Position numbers and translations under genes: made by a program. Under the pieces are notes generated by a model. The model was given only the letters and a program-made list of their open reading frames with translations. It was not told where the DNA came from and did not search any database. Of a DNA stretch of 64,000 nt, positions 42,117-54,276 are shown in pieces; positions within the stretch are counted from its first letter, which is position 1, and the number at the start of each line of letters is the position of its first letter. The stretch is from Eledone cirrhosa (lineage: Eukaryota), in contig CAXHJY010001283.1 in the NCBI GenBank assembly GCA_964016885.1, positions 1 through 64,000 on the forward strand. The letters run 5' to 3'.

Positions 42117-42621
42117 GTTGTAGTTTGCTTGAAGCATTGTTGAATAGGAAACACAAATTTAAATAATTTTGAAAACCATACAATGCACTAGAAAATTAAA
42201 ATTGCTAAGATAACAATACAATCTTACCTTAGCAAATTTAATAATCCCAAATATTTTCAGGTTTAAAAACCCATTATAAAAGGAGTATCCCTGCAAGAGA
42301 CTTCAAGGCTCAATCGGAGATGACTTGTTAGGAAGACAGATTTAAGTTAAACGAAATGAAAAGAGGTTAAAATTTTGAGCGTGCATCAAGGAGAATATTT
42401 CAACAATGTTGACAATAACATCAAGTCCACACTGTAGAGTGGTCTTGTAGGTGCCACAGTAAAAAAGCACCCAGTACTCACTGTAAATGAGGTTGGTGTT
42501 AAAAGGACATCCAGCTGTAGAAATCAAACCAAAATCAATTTTGTATGACCTGGCACTGCCCACAACAGGACAACCCGTGCTAGAGTGGAAAAATGGACGT
42601 AAAACGGTGATGATGATGATG

Positions 42622-42657
<36 letters not shown>

Positions 42658-42703
42658 CACACACACATATATATATATGTATATGTGTCCATATACTACT
42701 CAC

Positions 42704-42795
42704 TGGCTTCATCTTGGTCACCAACTTCTACTGTAAAACTTCCCACCAACTGGGCGCCCCATTGTTTCTCATGTACCAATTTTTGGAACTCATTG
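42704..42795 (-). CDS. NIPSNAP: NipSnap exon (approx. exon 4): NEFQKLVHEKQWGAQLVGSFTVEVGDQDEA(I)
   Basis: 92 nt, ttgcag|...|gtgagt. Matches NIPSNAP LVGTWNTWYGEQDQAV. Confidence 0.93.
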
Positions 42796-43376
42796 CTGCA
42801 AAATACCATTTAGAAAGAGATGAAGCAAGACAGCTGAAAATGGAAGGAAAAAAATGTTTTATTAATATGGCTGGTTAAAAATTAATTATTTTTTGTTTCT
42901 TCATCAACACCTATCTTTCTTCTAGAATTCCTTACAAACGTGCATATATAGACATACATACATGAAGAGAATATATTGGTGCATTCTACAATGCCAAAGA
43001 CAGGCTCAAGAGGATTCTTCTGTCATATCAAAGAGATGACAACTTTCTTACAGCTGGTTTTGTGATAAAATACACCCAGTACACTCTGTAAAGTTGTTGG
43101 TGTTAGGAAGGGCATCCAGCTGTAGAAACAGTGCCAAATAAAGGGTTGAAAGGAATCTTCTGCTGGGTCAAGGACATGACGATTTCCCTAGTTCGTTACG
43201 TAAAATGGTTGGTGTTAGGAAAGACATCTAGCTGTAGAATCCATGTGAAAAATTGTAACATACAAATAAAATATGGTCTTCTAATCTATTTAGACAGGCA
43301 GTAACTTTGAATAAGAACAGACTTCCAACACAGAAAGTCGATGTAAAATGATAATGATGATGATATAATATGTTAA

Positions 43377-44440
43377 CGCTTTTAGCATTTAAACTGTTCG
43401 TATCCAGCCAGAATTCCCTCACATCTTTCTGTTCAAACTGGCCACTCATACTTGTGTTAAGGTATTGTTCTCAAAATAAATATCAAAATCTTGTAGATTC
43501 GATATTATGTGAGATAATCTTCTTCACCCACTTATTCCCGAAGAGGTCATGGAGTCAGAGTCCTGAAACACTCCAGTTGATCATGTGAGAAGCAACGATC
43601 TCCAACTGGATCCCCAAGTGAGACCAGCCAAGCTCATGGATGTTATTCAACCATCTTGCTCAGGGTCTACCCCTGGGTCTCCTGCCAGTTGTTTTCGTCC
43701 TTAAAATCTGTCTGGTGATTCTTTCCTGAGACATTCTAAACACATATAGTATCAGAGCTGTGACATCTCCATTCAGAGATTCTTTCCTGAGACATTCTAA
43801 CCACATGTCATAGTATCAGAGCTGTGATCTCTCAATTCAGAGATTCTTTCCTGAGATATTCTAACCACATGTCATAGTATCAGAGCTGTGATCTCTCAAT
43901 TCAGAGATTCTTTCCTGAGACATTCTAACCACATGTCATAGTATCAGAGCTGTGATCTCTCAATTCAGAGATTCTTTCCTGAGACATTCTAACCACATGT
44001 CATAGTATCAGAGCTGTGATCTCTCAATTCAGAGATTCTTTCCTGAGACATTCTAACCACATGTCTGTAGTATCAGAGCTGTGATCTCTCAATTCAGAGA
44101 TTCTTTCCTGAGACATTCTAACCACATGTCCATAGTATCAGAGCTGTGATCTCTCAATTCAGAGATTCTTTCCTGAGACATTCTAAACACATATAGTATC
44201 AGAGCTGTGACATCTCCATTCAGAGATTCTTTCCTGAGACATTCTAACCACATGTCATAGTATCAGAGCTGTGACATCTCCATTCAGAGATTCTTTCCTG
44301 AGACATTCTAACTACATGTCATAGTATCAGATCTGTGATCTCTCAATTTAGAGATTCTTTCCTGAGACATTTTAACCACATATCATAGTATCATAGCTGT
44401 GATACAATAGTAGATATAGATTAATGTAAACGCTAAAGAG
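43377..44440. mobile_element. piggyBac-type MITE with TTAA TSDs containing an RTE 3' fragment and a 64-bp array
   Basis: ttaa|cgctttagcattta ... taaacgctaaagag|ttaa. Same family as 38798-38996. Confidence 0.75.
43717..44402. repeat. 64-bp minisatellite (about 11 copies) derived from LINE coding sequence
   Basis: Unit gattctttcctgagacattctaaccacatgtcatagtatcagagctgtgatctctcaattcaga. Contiguous with the minus-strand RTE fragment RMSQERITRQIL...GRRPRGRP at 43517-43740. Confidence 0.9.
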
Positions 44441-44661
44441 TTAAAACTTGCTATTATAATTCTAGCCAAAGAAATAGCCATCCCAAAGTAACAGATTAAA
44501 TAAAGTTTCATTTTATTTTTATTATACACACTTTTCCAAAATATTTTGCATCAGTTCATTTTAGCAAACTTTTTTCACAAGCAAAAAAGTTGGGGAAAAA
44601 AAAAAAAAAAAAAAAAAAAAAATGTATATCCAAATATTTAACTGTATGGAAAATGGTAGTT

Positions 44662-45283
44662 GTTACATCTCACACCTATGTAGGTTTAGCTGGTCTCCTA
44701 CAAGTTTGTATCTCACAGGAGGTTTCTTGGGTGTTTTAATGATAGGGATCCCAGTCCTATCATGTTGTTACATCTCACACCTATGTAGGTTTAGCTGGTC
44801 TCTTACAAGGTTGTATCTCACAGGAGGTTTCTTGGGTGTTTTAATGATAGGGACCCCAGTCATATGATGTTACATCTCACACCTATGTAGGTTTAGCTGG
44901 TCTCTTACAAGGTTGTATCTCACAGGAGGTTTCTTGGGTGTTTTAATGATAGGGACCCCAGTCATATCATGTTACATCTCACACCTATGTAGGTTTAGCT
45001 GGTCTCTTACAAGGTTGTATCTCACAGGAGGTTTCTTGGGTGTTTTAATGATAGGGACCCCAGTCCTAGCATGTTGTTACATCTCACACCTATGTAGGTT
45101 TAGCTGGTCTCCTACAAGTTTGTATCTCACAGGAGGTTTCTTGGGTGTTTTAATGATAGGGACCCCAGTCATATGATGTTACATCTCACACCTATGTAGG
45201 TTTAGCTGGTCACCTACAAGGTTGTCTCTCACAGGAGGTTTCTAGGGTGTTTTAACGATAGAGACCCCAGTCCCATGATGAAA
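44662..45283. repeat. 102-105-bp tandem repeat (6 copies) derived from a SINE segment
   Basis: Units start at 44662, 44767, 44869, 44971, 45076 and 45178. The monomer also occurs at 28687-28780 and 38527-38697. Confidence 0.92.
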
Positions 45284-45452
45284 AGTCTCCCTCTTTGGTG
45301 GGAATGAAGATGGTGGTTGTGATGGTGATGGTGTTAATGGTGTTGCTATTCATGTTGGTGATGGTGGTAATGATGGATTTGGTAGTGGTGGTGATGGTGG
45401 TAATGGTGATAGTGATTGGGTAGGGGATGACCTAGAAAAGACCACTACTTAC

Positions 45453-45498
45453 TATTGGGCGAGATATTCTTCCATACATTCTGGCTTGACACAGTGAA
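45453..45498 (-). CDS. NIPSNAP: NipSnap exon (approx. exon 3): (V)HCVKPECMEEYLAQ(Y)
   Basis: 46 nt, ttccag|...|gtaagt. Matches NIPSNAP FHNVKPECLEAY; phases fit both neighbours. Confidence 0.93.
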
Positions 45499-45721
45499 CT
45501 GGAAATATAGTAAACAGAAGGATGTGAGAGAAATATACATACATATATATACACACATACATATATATATATCATCATCATTTAATGTCGATCTTCCAGG
45601 CTCGCTTGGGTCAGACAGGAATTGTCCCACTTGAGGCCACATTGGTCGAGTGACTGTCTCGCTTGTAATTGACAGTATCTGACAGGTTTATATATATGTA
45701 TATATATATACATATATATAT

Positions 45722-46335
45722 CATCATCATCATCATTTTATGTCCTGCTTGCAAGGGTGAGATGGGTCCTATTCAGCACAGCGTCTCTCCACTTGTCAGG
45801 GTCCTTTGTCATCTCCTCGGTGAGTTTCAGCGATCTGAGGTCTGGTCTCACCACCTCAGCCCATGTTATTCGTGATCTCCCTCTACAGGGATTTCTTGGC
45901 ACTTCTTTACCCAGCGGTCATCCTCCATACTATCTCAGTCTTCTCTCCTGCACACCACAACTTATCCCTCTTATACCCAGTTTCTCTCTCAACACATCCA
46001 TGCTTGGTCGTTCACGCACATTGACATTGCATATCCAACGGAGCATGCTTGCTTCATTTCTCTCCAGCCGTCACATATCCTCTGCAGTTGCTGCCCATGT
46101 CTCACTACCATGCAGCATCGCGCATCTCACACAGGTACATATAACCGGCCTTTCGTTCATAGGAAAAAACCCTTCAGAGGAAGCAGCTCCCTAAACTTCT
46201 TGCAACCTGTCCTTATTCTAGATACTATAGCCTTGGAGCACGCTCCCCACTTGCTAATCACCTAGGTATCAGAAGCTATCAACCACCTCTATAGATCCTA
46301 CCTGCATTTGAAAAACGTGTCTATCACTGCCACTT
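45722..46335 (-). mobile_element. RTE family B 3' fragment, degenerate
   Basis: Homology to 41160-41775. Confidence 0.85.
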
Positions 46336-46451
46336 CTACTATCGATTTTTTTTTCGTTCAGATCTAGCTGTTGAAACGGGTGGAGCTCAGCCATCGGGAT
46401 CCCAAATTTTTCATATGCATATACACTCACATGTATATATATTTGAGATAG

Positions 46452-46890
46452 GTGTGGAAGTCGGACCTTCGTAAAGACCTGAAGATCTGTCTCTTCATTG
46501 CTGTAGTGGAGTCTGTGCTGCTGTACAGGTCTGAGACTTGGACACTGACCAAAAAACTCACAATGCTGAGGATGGCTCTGAATGTTAATCAGTATACACT
46601 GAGGATGAAAAACTCAGAGCTGTACGGGAGCCTCCCAAAAGTCAGCTCGAAAGTAGCACAGAGGAGACTGAGGTTAGCTGGACATGCTCACCGACATCAC
46701 TACACTCAGTGCTCCTGTGGGAGCCCCTGCACGGACACACTAGAAGAGGGAGACCGAGGTTGACATATGTTGATGCCCTAAGGACAAGCACTGGTCTCTT
46801 TGAGACGCAGGACATGGCAGCGATGATGAAGGACAGAGACCGCTGAAGAGAAATCGTCCATGGATCTCGGGAATTTTACCCGCCCCAGAT
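46452..46890 (+). mobile_element. RTE family C 3' fragment
   Basis: WKSDLRKDLKICLFIAVVESVLLYRSETWTLT...RRLRLAGH. Confidence 0.88.
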
Positions 46891-47209
46891 ATATATATAT
46901 ATATATACACACAAACATATCGATACGTTTATGACTTTATATAATCAAAATTTCTCCTTAGTGACACGACTTCTCTCTCTCTCTATATATATATATAAAC
47001 ATTTGCCCATATTAATAAAAACATTTTTAGACTTTCAGAAGCTGATATGTAAAACTGTTGAAGCAAAATATTGGAATTCGAATTCTCTGAAAACCTACAT
47101 CGAATTAACAGTTCTAGATGTGCTCACTCATATATCAGTTACATAACTATTAATCCTTTAATTGTGAAATTGGTGTATTCATTTAATTTATTAATTTCAC
47201 TCTCTCCAA

Positions 47210-47404
47210 CATGAATGGACCTGTTACTTTTATCTAAAGACATTTTTTCCAATTTCACCCCACCCGTCCCTTCAATCTATCTTATTTCTCATTCTTTCTT
47301 CTGATGAAGGACTAGCATCGGAAACGTTCAGACCCTCTTCCTGCTATTTCAAGCGTTAACCTAATATATTCTTTCCATATACTGATTGTGTTGTTTCTGT
47401 TTAC

Positions 47405-47408
<4 letters not shown>
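47210..47408 (+). mobile_element. Solo Penelope terminal repeat with minimal hammerhead (47297-47332)
   Basis: Homologous to 60857-61060. Reads TCTT-CTGATGA-AG-GACTAGCATC-G-GAAAC-GTTCAGA. Confidence 0.8.
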
Positions 47409-47445
<37 letters not shown>

Positions 47446-47452
47446 GAAATGA

Positions 47453-47535
47453 CTTCTACAGGACTAGAACTGTTTCATTCGGAAGAAATCATCAGGAAAG
47501 TAGAGGGCTTTCCTGATGATTTCTTCCGAATGAAA
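47453..47535. ncRNA. Inverted pair of hammerhead cores in a 28-bp-arm palindrome
   Basis: Arms 47473-47500 and 47508-47535. Minus strand reads TTTC-CTGATGA-TTTC-TTCC-GAAT-GAAACAG-TTCTAGTC-CTGTA-GAAG. The plus copy is truncated after GAAA. Confidence 0.65.
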
Positions 47536-48794
47536 TGTTTTGACGTTTATAAGCATTGTTATGGACCACGTCCATTATTCGCATTTTTCACCCTTCGGAG
47601 GTGTTCTGATAGCGCAATCCCCACGAATACCGGGGAACAACTGTATTTCAAATATCTTCAAATGTTTCCTTTCTCTCATATTATAAACTTGCATAAAAAA
47701 CCCTCAAAAACTTGAAATTTATTTTTTAGTTATGTCTATTAATATATGTGTGTGTCTATTAATGTATGTGTCTATTAATGTATGTGCGTGTCTATTAATG
47801 TATGTATGTGTCTATTAATGTATGTGACTATTAATGTATGTAAGTGTCTATTAATGTATGTATGTGTCTATTAATGTATGTGTCTATTAATGTATGTAAG
47901 TGTCTATTAATGTATGTATGTCTATTAATGTATGTACGTGTCTATTAATGTATGTAAGTGTCTATTAATGTATGTATGTGTCTATTAATGTATGTATGTG
48001 TCTATTAATGTATGTATGTGTCTATTAATGTATGTGACTATTAATGTATGTAAGTGTCTATTAATGTATGTATGTGTCTATTAATGTATGTGTCTATTAA
48101 TGTATGTAAGTGTCTATTAATGTATGTATGTCTATTAATGTATGTACGTGTCTATTAATGTATGTAAGTGTCTATTAATGTATGTATGTGTCTATTAATG
48201 TATGTACGTGTCTATTAATGTATGTACGTGTCTATTACTGTATGTAAGTGTCTATTAATGTATGTATGTGTCTATTCATGTATGTAAGTGTCTATTAATG
48301 TACGTGTGTGTCTATTAATGTATGTATGTGTCTATTAATGTATGTGTCTATTAATGTATGTATGTGTCTATTAATGTATGTATGTGTCTATTAATGTATG
48401 TATGTGTCTATTAATGTACGTGTGTGTCTATTAATGTATGTATGTGTCTATTAATGTATATATGTGTCTAATAATGTATGTAAGTGTCTATTAATGTATG
48501 TATGTGTCTATTAATGTATGTATGTGTCTATTAATGTATGTATGTGTCTATTACTGTATGTGTCTATTACTGTATGTATGTGTCTATTAATGTATGTATG
48601 TGTCTAGTAATGTATGTGTGTGTCTATTAATGTATGTGTGTGTCTATTAATGTATGTATGTGTCTATTAATGTATGTATGTGTCTATTAATGTATGTATA
48701 TGTCTATTAATATATGTATATGTCTATTAATGTATGTGTCTATTAACATATGTATGTCTATTAATGTATGTATGAGTCTATTAATGTATGTATA

Positions 48795-49140
48795 GAGGCA
48801 CATGGCTTAGTGGTTAGAGCATTGGCCTTGCAATCGAAAGGTTGTGAGTTCAATTCTCAGACCGGGTGATGTGTTGTTTCCTTGAGCAAGACACTTTATT
48901 TCACATTGCTCCAGTTTACTCAGAAGTAGAAATGAGATGATAGGCACTGGGGTCCATATCATTCCACTGCAAAGTGGTCGTGGAGGTGCCACGGCAAAAA
49001 AGCACCCAGCACTCACTGTAAATGAGGTTGGTGTTAGGAAGGGCATCCAGCTGTAGAAATGAAGCCAGAATCAGTTCCTGTCCCACCCTTGCAAGCAGGG
49101 AAAAGTGGATGTAAAATGAAATGATGATGATGATGATGAT
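48795..49140 (+). mobile_element. tRNA-derived CORE-like SINE with RTE tail
   Basis: Near-identical to 9672-10015. Confidence 0.87.
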
Positions 49141-49409
49141 GTCTATTAATGTACGTATGTGTCTATTAATGTATGTATGTATATGTCTATTAATGTATGT
49201 ATGTGTCTTAATGTATGTATGTGTCTATTAATGTATGTATATGTCTATTAATGTGTGTATGTCTATTAATGTATGTATGTCTATTAATGTATGTATGTAT
49301 ATTAATGTATGTAAGTGTCAATTAATGTATGTATGTGTCTTAATGTATGTATGTGTCTATTAATGTATGTGTGACTATTAATGTACGTGTGTGTCTATTA
49401 ATGTACGTA

Positions 49410-50622
49410 TTCCAAACCTGGAAGCAGGGACTAGAGAGAAAGGGCCTCAAAGTCAACATGACAAAGACTAAGGTCCTTATAAGTAGACGAGAAAACAGAA
49501 CCCAGATCCCCTCAGGGAAATGGCCTTGCTCAGTATGTAGGAAAGGTGTAGGTAGGAACTCCATTCTTTGCCCCAAATGCAAACAATGGGTACACAAGAG
49601 ATGTAGCGGGATCTCAGGAAGCTTAATTAAGAATGTAGGATTCACATGCAGCAGCTGTGCTGAAACAGCAAGCAAACAGCCACAGGAAACAAGTACCACC
49701 AATCTCTGGGAGGGCCCTGTAGAAACAGTAGACAGCTTCTGCTACCTAGGTGACCGAATTAGCAACGGAGGTGGGTGCTCAGAAAGTACAATAACTAGGG
49801 TAAGAACGGGATGGAAGAAGTTTAGGGAACTACTACCACTGCTAGCTGCAAAAGGCTTCTCCCTCAGAATGAAAGGCAGACTGTATGATGCGTGTATCCG
49901 AACAGCGATGTTGCATGGTAGTGAGACCTGGGCGCTGAAGGTGGAAGACTTACGTAGATTAGAGAGAAACGAAGCCTGCATGCTCCGATGGATGTGTAAC
50001 AGTAATATACGTGAACGACAAAGCATAAATGAATTGAGAGAGAGACTGAGCATAAGAGGAATCAAATGCTGCGTGCAGGAGAGGCGGTTACGCTGGTATG
50101 GACATGTGATGCGTATGAAGGATGACAGCTGCATAAAAAGGTGCAGAGCACTAGAAGTTGATGGAAACCGCGGAGTGGGGAGACCCAAGATGACTTGGGA
50201 TGAGGTGATAAAAGCCGACCTTACCCAACTACACCTCTCAAAGTCAATGACACACGACCGTGACTTCTGGCGTCACGCAGTAATACAGGGTACCCGACCT
50301 CCCATGGGTACATGCTGAAGCATATAAACAATATGCCCCCCCCCCCCCCACCGCAAGGTGGTCGTGGAGGTGCCACGGCAAAAAAGCACCCAGCCCACAC
50401 TGTAAAGTGGACGTGTAGGCGCCACGAAAAAGCACCCAGCACTCACTGTAAATGAGGTTGGTGTTAGGAAGGGCATCCAGCTGTAGAAATCAAGCCAGAT
50501 CAGTTCCTGTATGAGCAAGGCATGGTCAGCCGACCAGACACTGCCCACAACAGGACAACCCGTCTAACCCATGCTAGCGTGGAAGAACGGACGTAAAACG
50601 GTGATGATGATGATGATGATGA
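49410..50622 (+). mobile_element. Young 5'-truncated RTE family A LINE
   Basis: Uninterrupted frame FQTWKQGLE...PPMGTC* (to 50318), then 3' UTR and (GAT)n. Confidence 0.95.
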
Positions 50623-52208
50623 TGTGTCTATTAATGTATGTATGTGTCTATTAATGTATGTATGTGTCTATTAATGTATGTGTGTGTCAATGTATGTGTG
50701 TGACTATTAATGTATGTGTGTGACTATTAATGTATGTGTGTCTATTAATGTATTTATGTGTCTATTAATGTATGTGTCTATTAATGTATGTATGTGTCTA
50801 TTAATGTATGTATGTGTCTATTAATGTATGTATGTGTCTATTAATGTATGTATGTGTCTATTAATGTATGTGTCTATTAATGTATGTATGTGTCTATTAA
50901 TGTATGTATGTGTCTATTAATGTATGTATGTGTCTATTAATGTATGTGTATGTCTATTAATGTGTGTATGTCTATTAATGTATGTATGTGTCTATTAATG
51001 TATGTATGTGTCTATTAATGTATTTAAGTGTATATTAATGTATGTGTCTATTAATATATGTATGTGTCTATTAATGTATGTATGTGTCTATTAATGTATG
51101 TATATGTCTATTAATGTATGTGTGTCTATTAATGTATGTATATGTCTATTAATGTATGTGTGTGTCTATTAATGTATTTAAGTGTCTATTAATGTATTTA
51201 AGTGTATATTAATGTATTTATGTGTCTATTAATGTATTTATGTCTATTAATGTATGTGTGTCTATTAATGTATGTATATGTCTATTAATGTACGTGTGTG
51301 TCTATTAATGTATTTAAGTGTCTATTACTGTATGTACGTGTCTATTAATGTATGTATGTGTCTATTAATGTATGTATGTGTCTATTAATGTATGTGTGAC
51401 TATTAATGTACGTGTGTCTATTAATGTATGTATGTGTCTATTAATGTATGTATGTGTCTATTAATGTATGTATGTGTCTATTAATGTATGTATGTGTCTA
51501 TTAATGTATGTGTGTCTATTAATGTATGTATGTGTCTATTAATGTATGTATGTGTCTATTAATGTATGTATGTGTCTATTAATGTATGTACGTGTCTATT
51601 AATGTATGTACGTGTCTATTAATGTATGTACGTGTCTATTAATGTATGTACGTGTCTATTAATGTATGTACGTGTCTATTAATGTATGTATGTGTCTATT
51701 AATGTATGTATGTGTCTATTAATGTATGTGTGACTATTAATGTACGTGTGTCTATTAATGTATGTATGTGTCTATTAATGTATGTATGTGTGTATTAATG
51801 TATGTGTGTCTATTAATGTATGTGTGTCTATTAATGTATGCGTCTATTAATGTATGTATGTGTCTATTAATGTATGTATGTGTCTATTAATGTATGTATA
51901 TGTCTATTAATGTATGTATGTGTCTATTAATGTATGTATGTGTCTATTAATGTATGTGTGTCTATTAATGTATGTGTCTATTACTGTATGTATGTGTCTA
52001 TTAATGTATGTACGTGTCTATTAATGTATGTACGTGTCTATTAATGTATGTACGTGTCTATTAATGCATGTATGTGTCTATTAATGTGTGTATGTGTCTA
52101 TTAATGTATGTATGTGTCTATTAATGTATGTATGTGTCTATTAATGTATGTGTGTCTATTAATGTATGTATGTGTGTGTGTTTCACATGTTATTTTGAAT
52201 AATTTTTG

Positions 52209-52373
52209 AATAGGCTTCATAGCCGGTAAACCCAACCCTAAAGGGACGCAATAGGCTTCTTATCCGGTAAACCCAACCCTAAAGGGACGCAATAGGCTTC
52301 GTATCTGGTAAACCCAACCCTAAAGGGACGCAATAGGCTTCGTAGCCGGTAAAGCCAACCCTAAAAGGACGCA
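52209..52373. repeat. 41-bp tandem repeat, 4 copies
   Basis: aataggcttcgtagccggtaaacccaaccctaaagggacgc at 52209, 52250, 52291 and 52332. Confidence 0.9.
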
Positions 52374-53291
52374 ACTCTCGCCGGGATCCCGGAAACTAAT
52401 AAATAGTTTATACTTCTGACACAAGGCCAGCAATTACCCAGTGCGTTTCTGGTACTTTATTTTATCGACCCCGTAAGGATGAACGGCAAAGGTAACCTTG
52501 GCGGGATTTGAACTCAGAATGGCAAGGGCCGTAACTCCATGCATCAAAGCATGGCGTCCAACCCTCTACCGATACTGCCGTAGTGTTTCAGAACCCATGT
52601 AGTGATTACTGCCCTTAACCCTTGTCCTGACTTTCTGTAAAATTCTTAATCTCGAAAATTTTTGTGACACCTCCACGACCACTTTACAGTGGGAGGGGGT
52701 GGGGGCATATTGCCTATATGCTTCAGCTTGTATCAGTGGAAGTTGGGTCTTCTGTATTACTGCGTAACACCAGAGGTCACAGCCCTGTGTCATCACCTTT
52801 GAGAGGTGCATTTTGGGTAAGGCCAGCTTTTATCACCTCATTCCAGGTCTTCTTGGCTCGCTCCACTCCAAGGCTTCCATCGACTTCTAGTGCTTTGCAC
52901 CTTTTTATTTTGCTGTCATCCTTCATATGCATCACATGTCCATACAAACGCAATCTCCTCTGTATACATTTATATGTATGAGTATATAAACATAAATACA
53001 CATACATTCACACGTCGCTGCGAGAAAGAGTGTTTTTTTTTCGATGTAGCGAGGAATTTGGGCTGCTTGGGGTTCAATTTTCGTTTGTTGTACTGAAATA
53101 TTCATTGTAATGAATTATCTTTGTTTTAATAAGCTTGTGGCGGGGATTGAAAAAAAAGTTTGTTATACTGAAAAATTCATTATAATGGTATTTGTTATAA
53201 CAGAATTTTACCTGTAGAACAAGCATAAAACTAATATTTCTTCAATGTACTATGTCTTTTGTTATTTATATTTTCCTTTTGCATATATATA

Positions 53292-53952
53292 TCTATATAT
53301 ATAAAAGAGAGATGTTTATTGGTTGGTTGAATCACAGAAATACAAACACACACATCTAAAGAGAGAGACACAGAGGGAGAGGCAGAAAGAGAGAGAGAGA
53401 TAGGCTGTTATACAGAGAGAGATACAATTAAAGTGTTAGATATTCACAGAGAGAGAGTAACGTCCCACAAAAGTTTAGAAATGGCTTAAACTATAGACCC
53501 TTTGATTTATAGGAAAGTTTAACAATATTGTGTTAACTTTATAAAGTCTTTGATTTTACAGAACAAAGAAAAACTGATACTATTTGAAATTAATCTACCC
53601 TCCAGCTTTTATCCAGATACTACTTACAGTCCGTACTAACGAAGCAACACTTCAGAAGAAATGTTATGTCATATATTGCTGTGTTTCAGATGACCTCCTT
53701 TGGAACTGAAAAAGATCATACTGACTGCGGTTATTTCACATTTTAAATCCAAGGCCAATGCTACCATTTAATCAGCAGTTTACTCCCCCAGACTAATAAG
53801 GAAGTTTTATGATTGTTTTTATATCTCTCTCATACACACACACCCACACATTACGGTCTCACCTCATACCAGACAACACACCCACTACAGTTGTTTTCTC
53901 TTTTATCCATCTCTTAACTATTCTCCCAGGTGAAGCTGGGTACCTCAGCTAG
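53292..53952 (+). mobile_element. Non-autonomous Helitron
   Basis: A|TCTATATAT start; subterminal hairpin cccaggtgaagctggg; CTAG|T end. Internal Rep-helicase N-terminal remnant FQMTSFG...F*IQGQCYHLISSLLP. Confidence 0.85.
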
Positions 53953-54276
53953 TATATATATATGTATATATATCATCATCATCACCATTTTACGTTGATT
54001 CTGCCACGCTAGCATGGGTTAGACAGGTTGTCCTGTTCTGGGCAGTGTCCGGTCGGCTGACCTTGTCTTGCTCATATGGGAACTGATTCTGACTTGATTT
54101 CTACAGTTGGATACCTTCCTAACACCAACCTCATTTACAGTGAGTGCTGGGTGCTTTCTTTTCTGTGGCGCCTACAGGACCACTTTACAGTGTGGGCCGG
54201 GTACTTTTTTGTCGTGACTCCTCCACGACCACTTTGCAGTGGCAGAGGATGGGGGCATATTGCCTATATTCAACTT

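Larger units (their letters stand above)
47733..52175. repeat. About 20-bp minisatellite (gtgtctattaatgtatgtat) interrupted by a SINE and an RTE
   Basis: Tracts at 47733-48794, 49141-49409 and 50623-52175. Confidence 0.95.

Noticed and set aside
42190-42420. Possible extra exon near cttacc and ttttcag motifs
   Set aside because: No open frame with homology, and NipSnap exons 4 and 5 already join in phase.
45305-45425. G-rich tract (possible G-quadruplex or Gly-rich exon)
   Set aside because: Degenerate (GGT/GAT)n low-complexity repeat with no splice or homology support.
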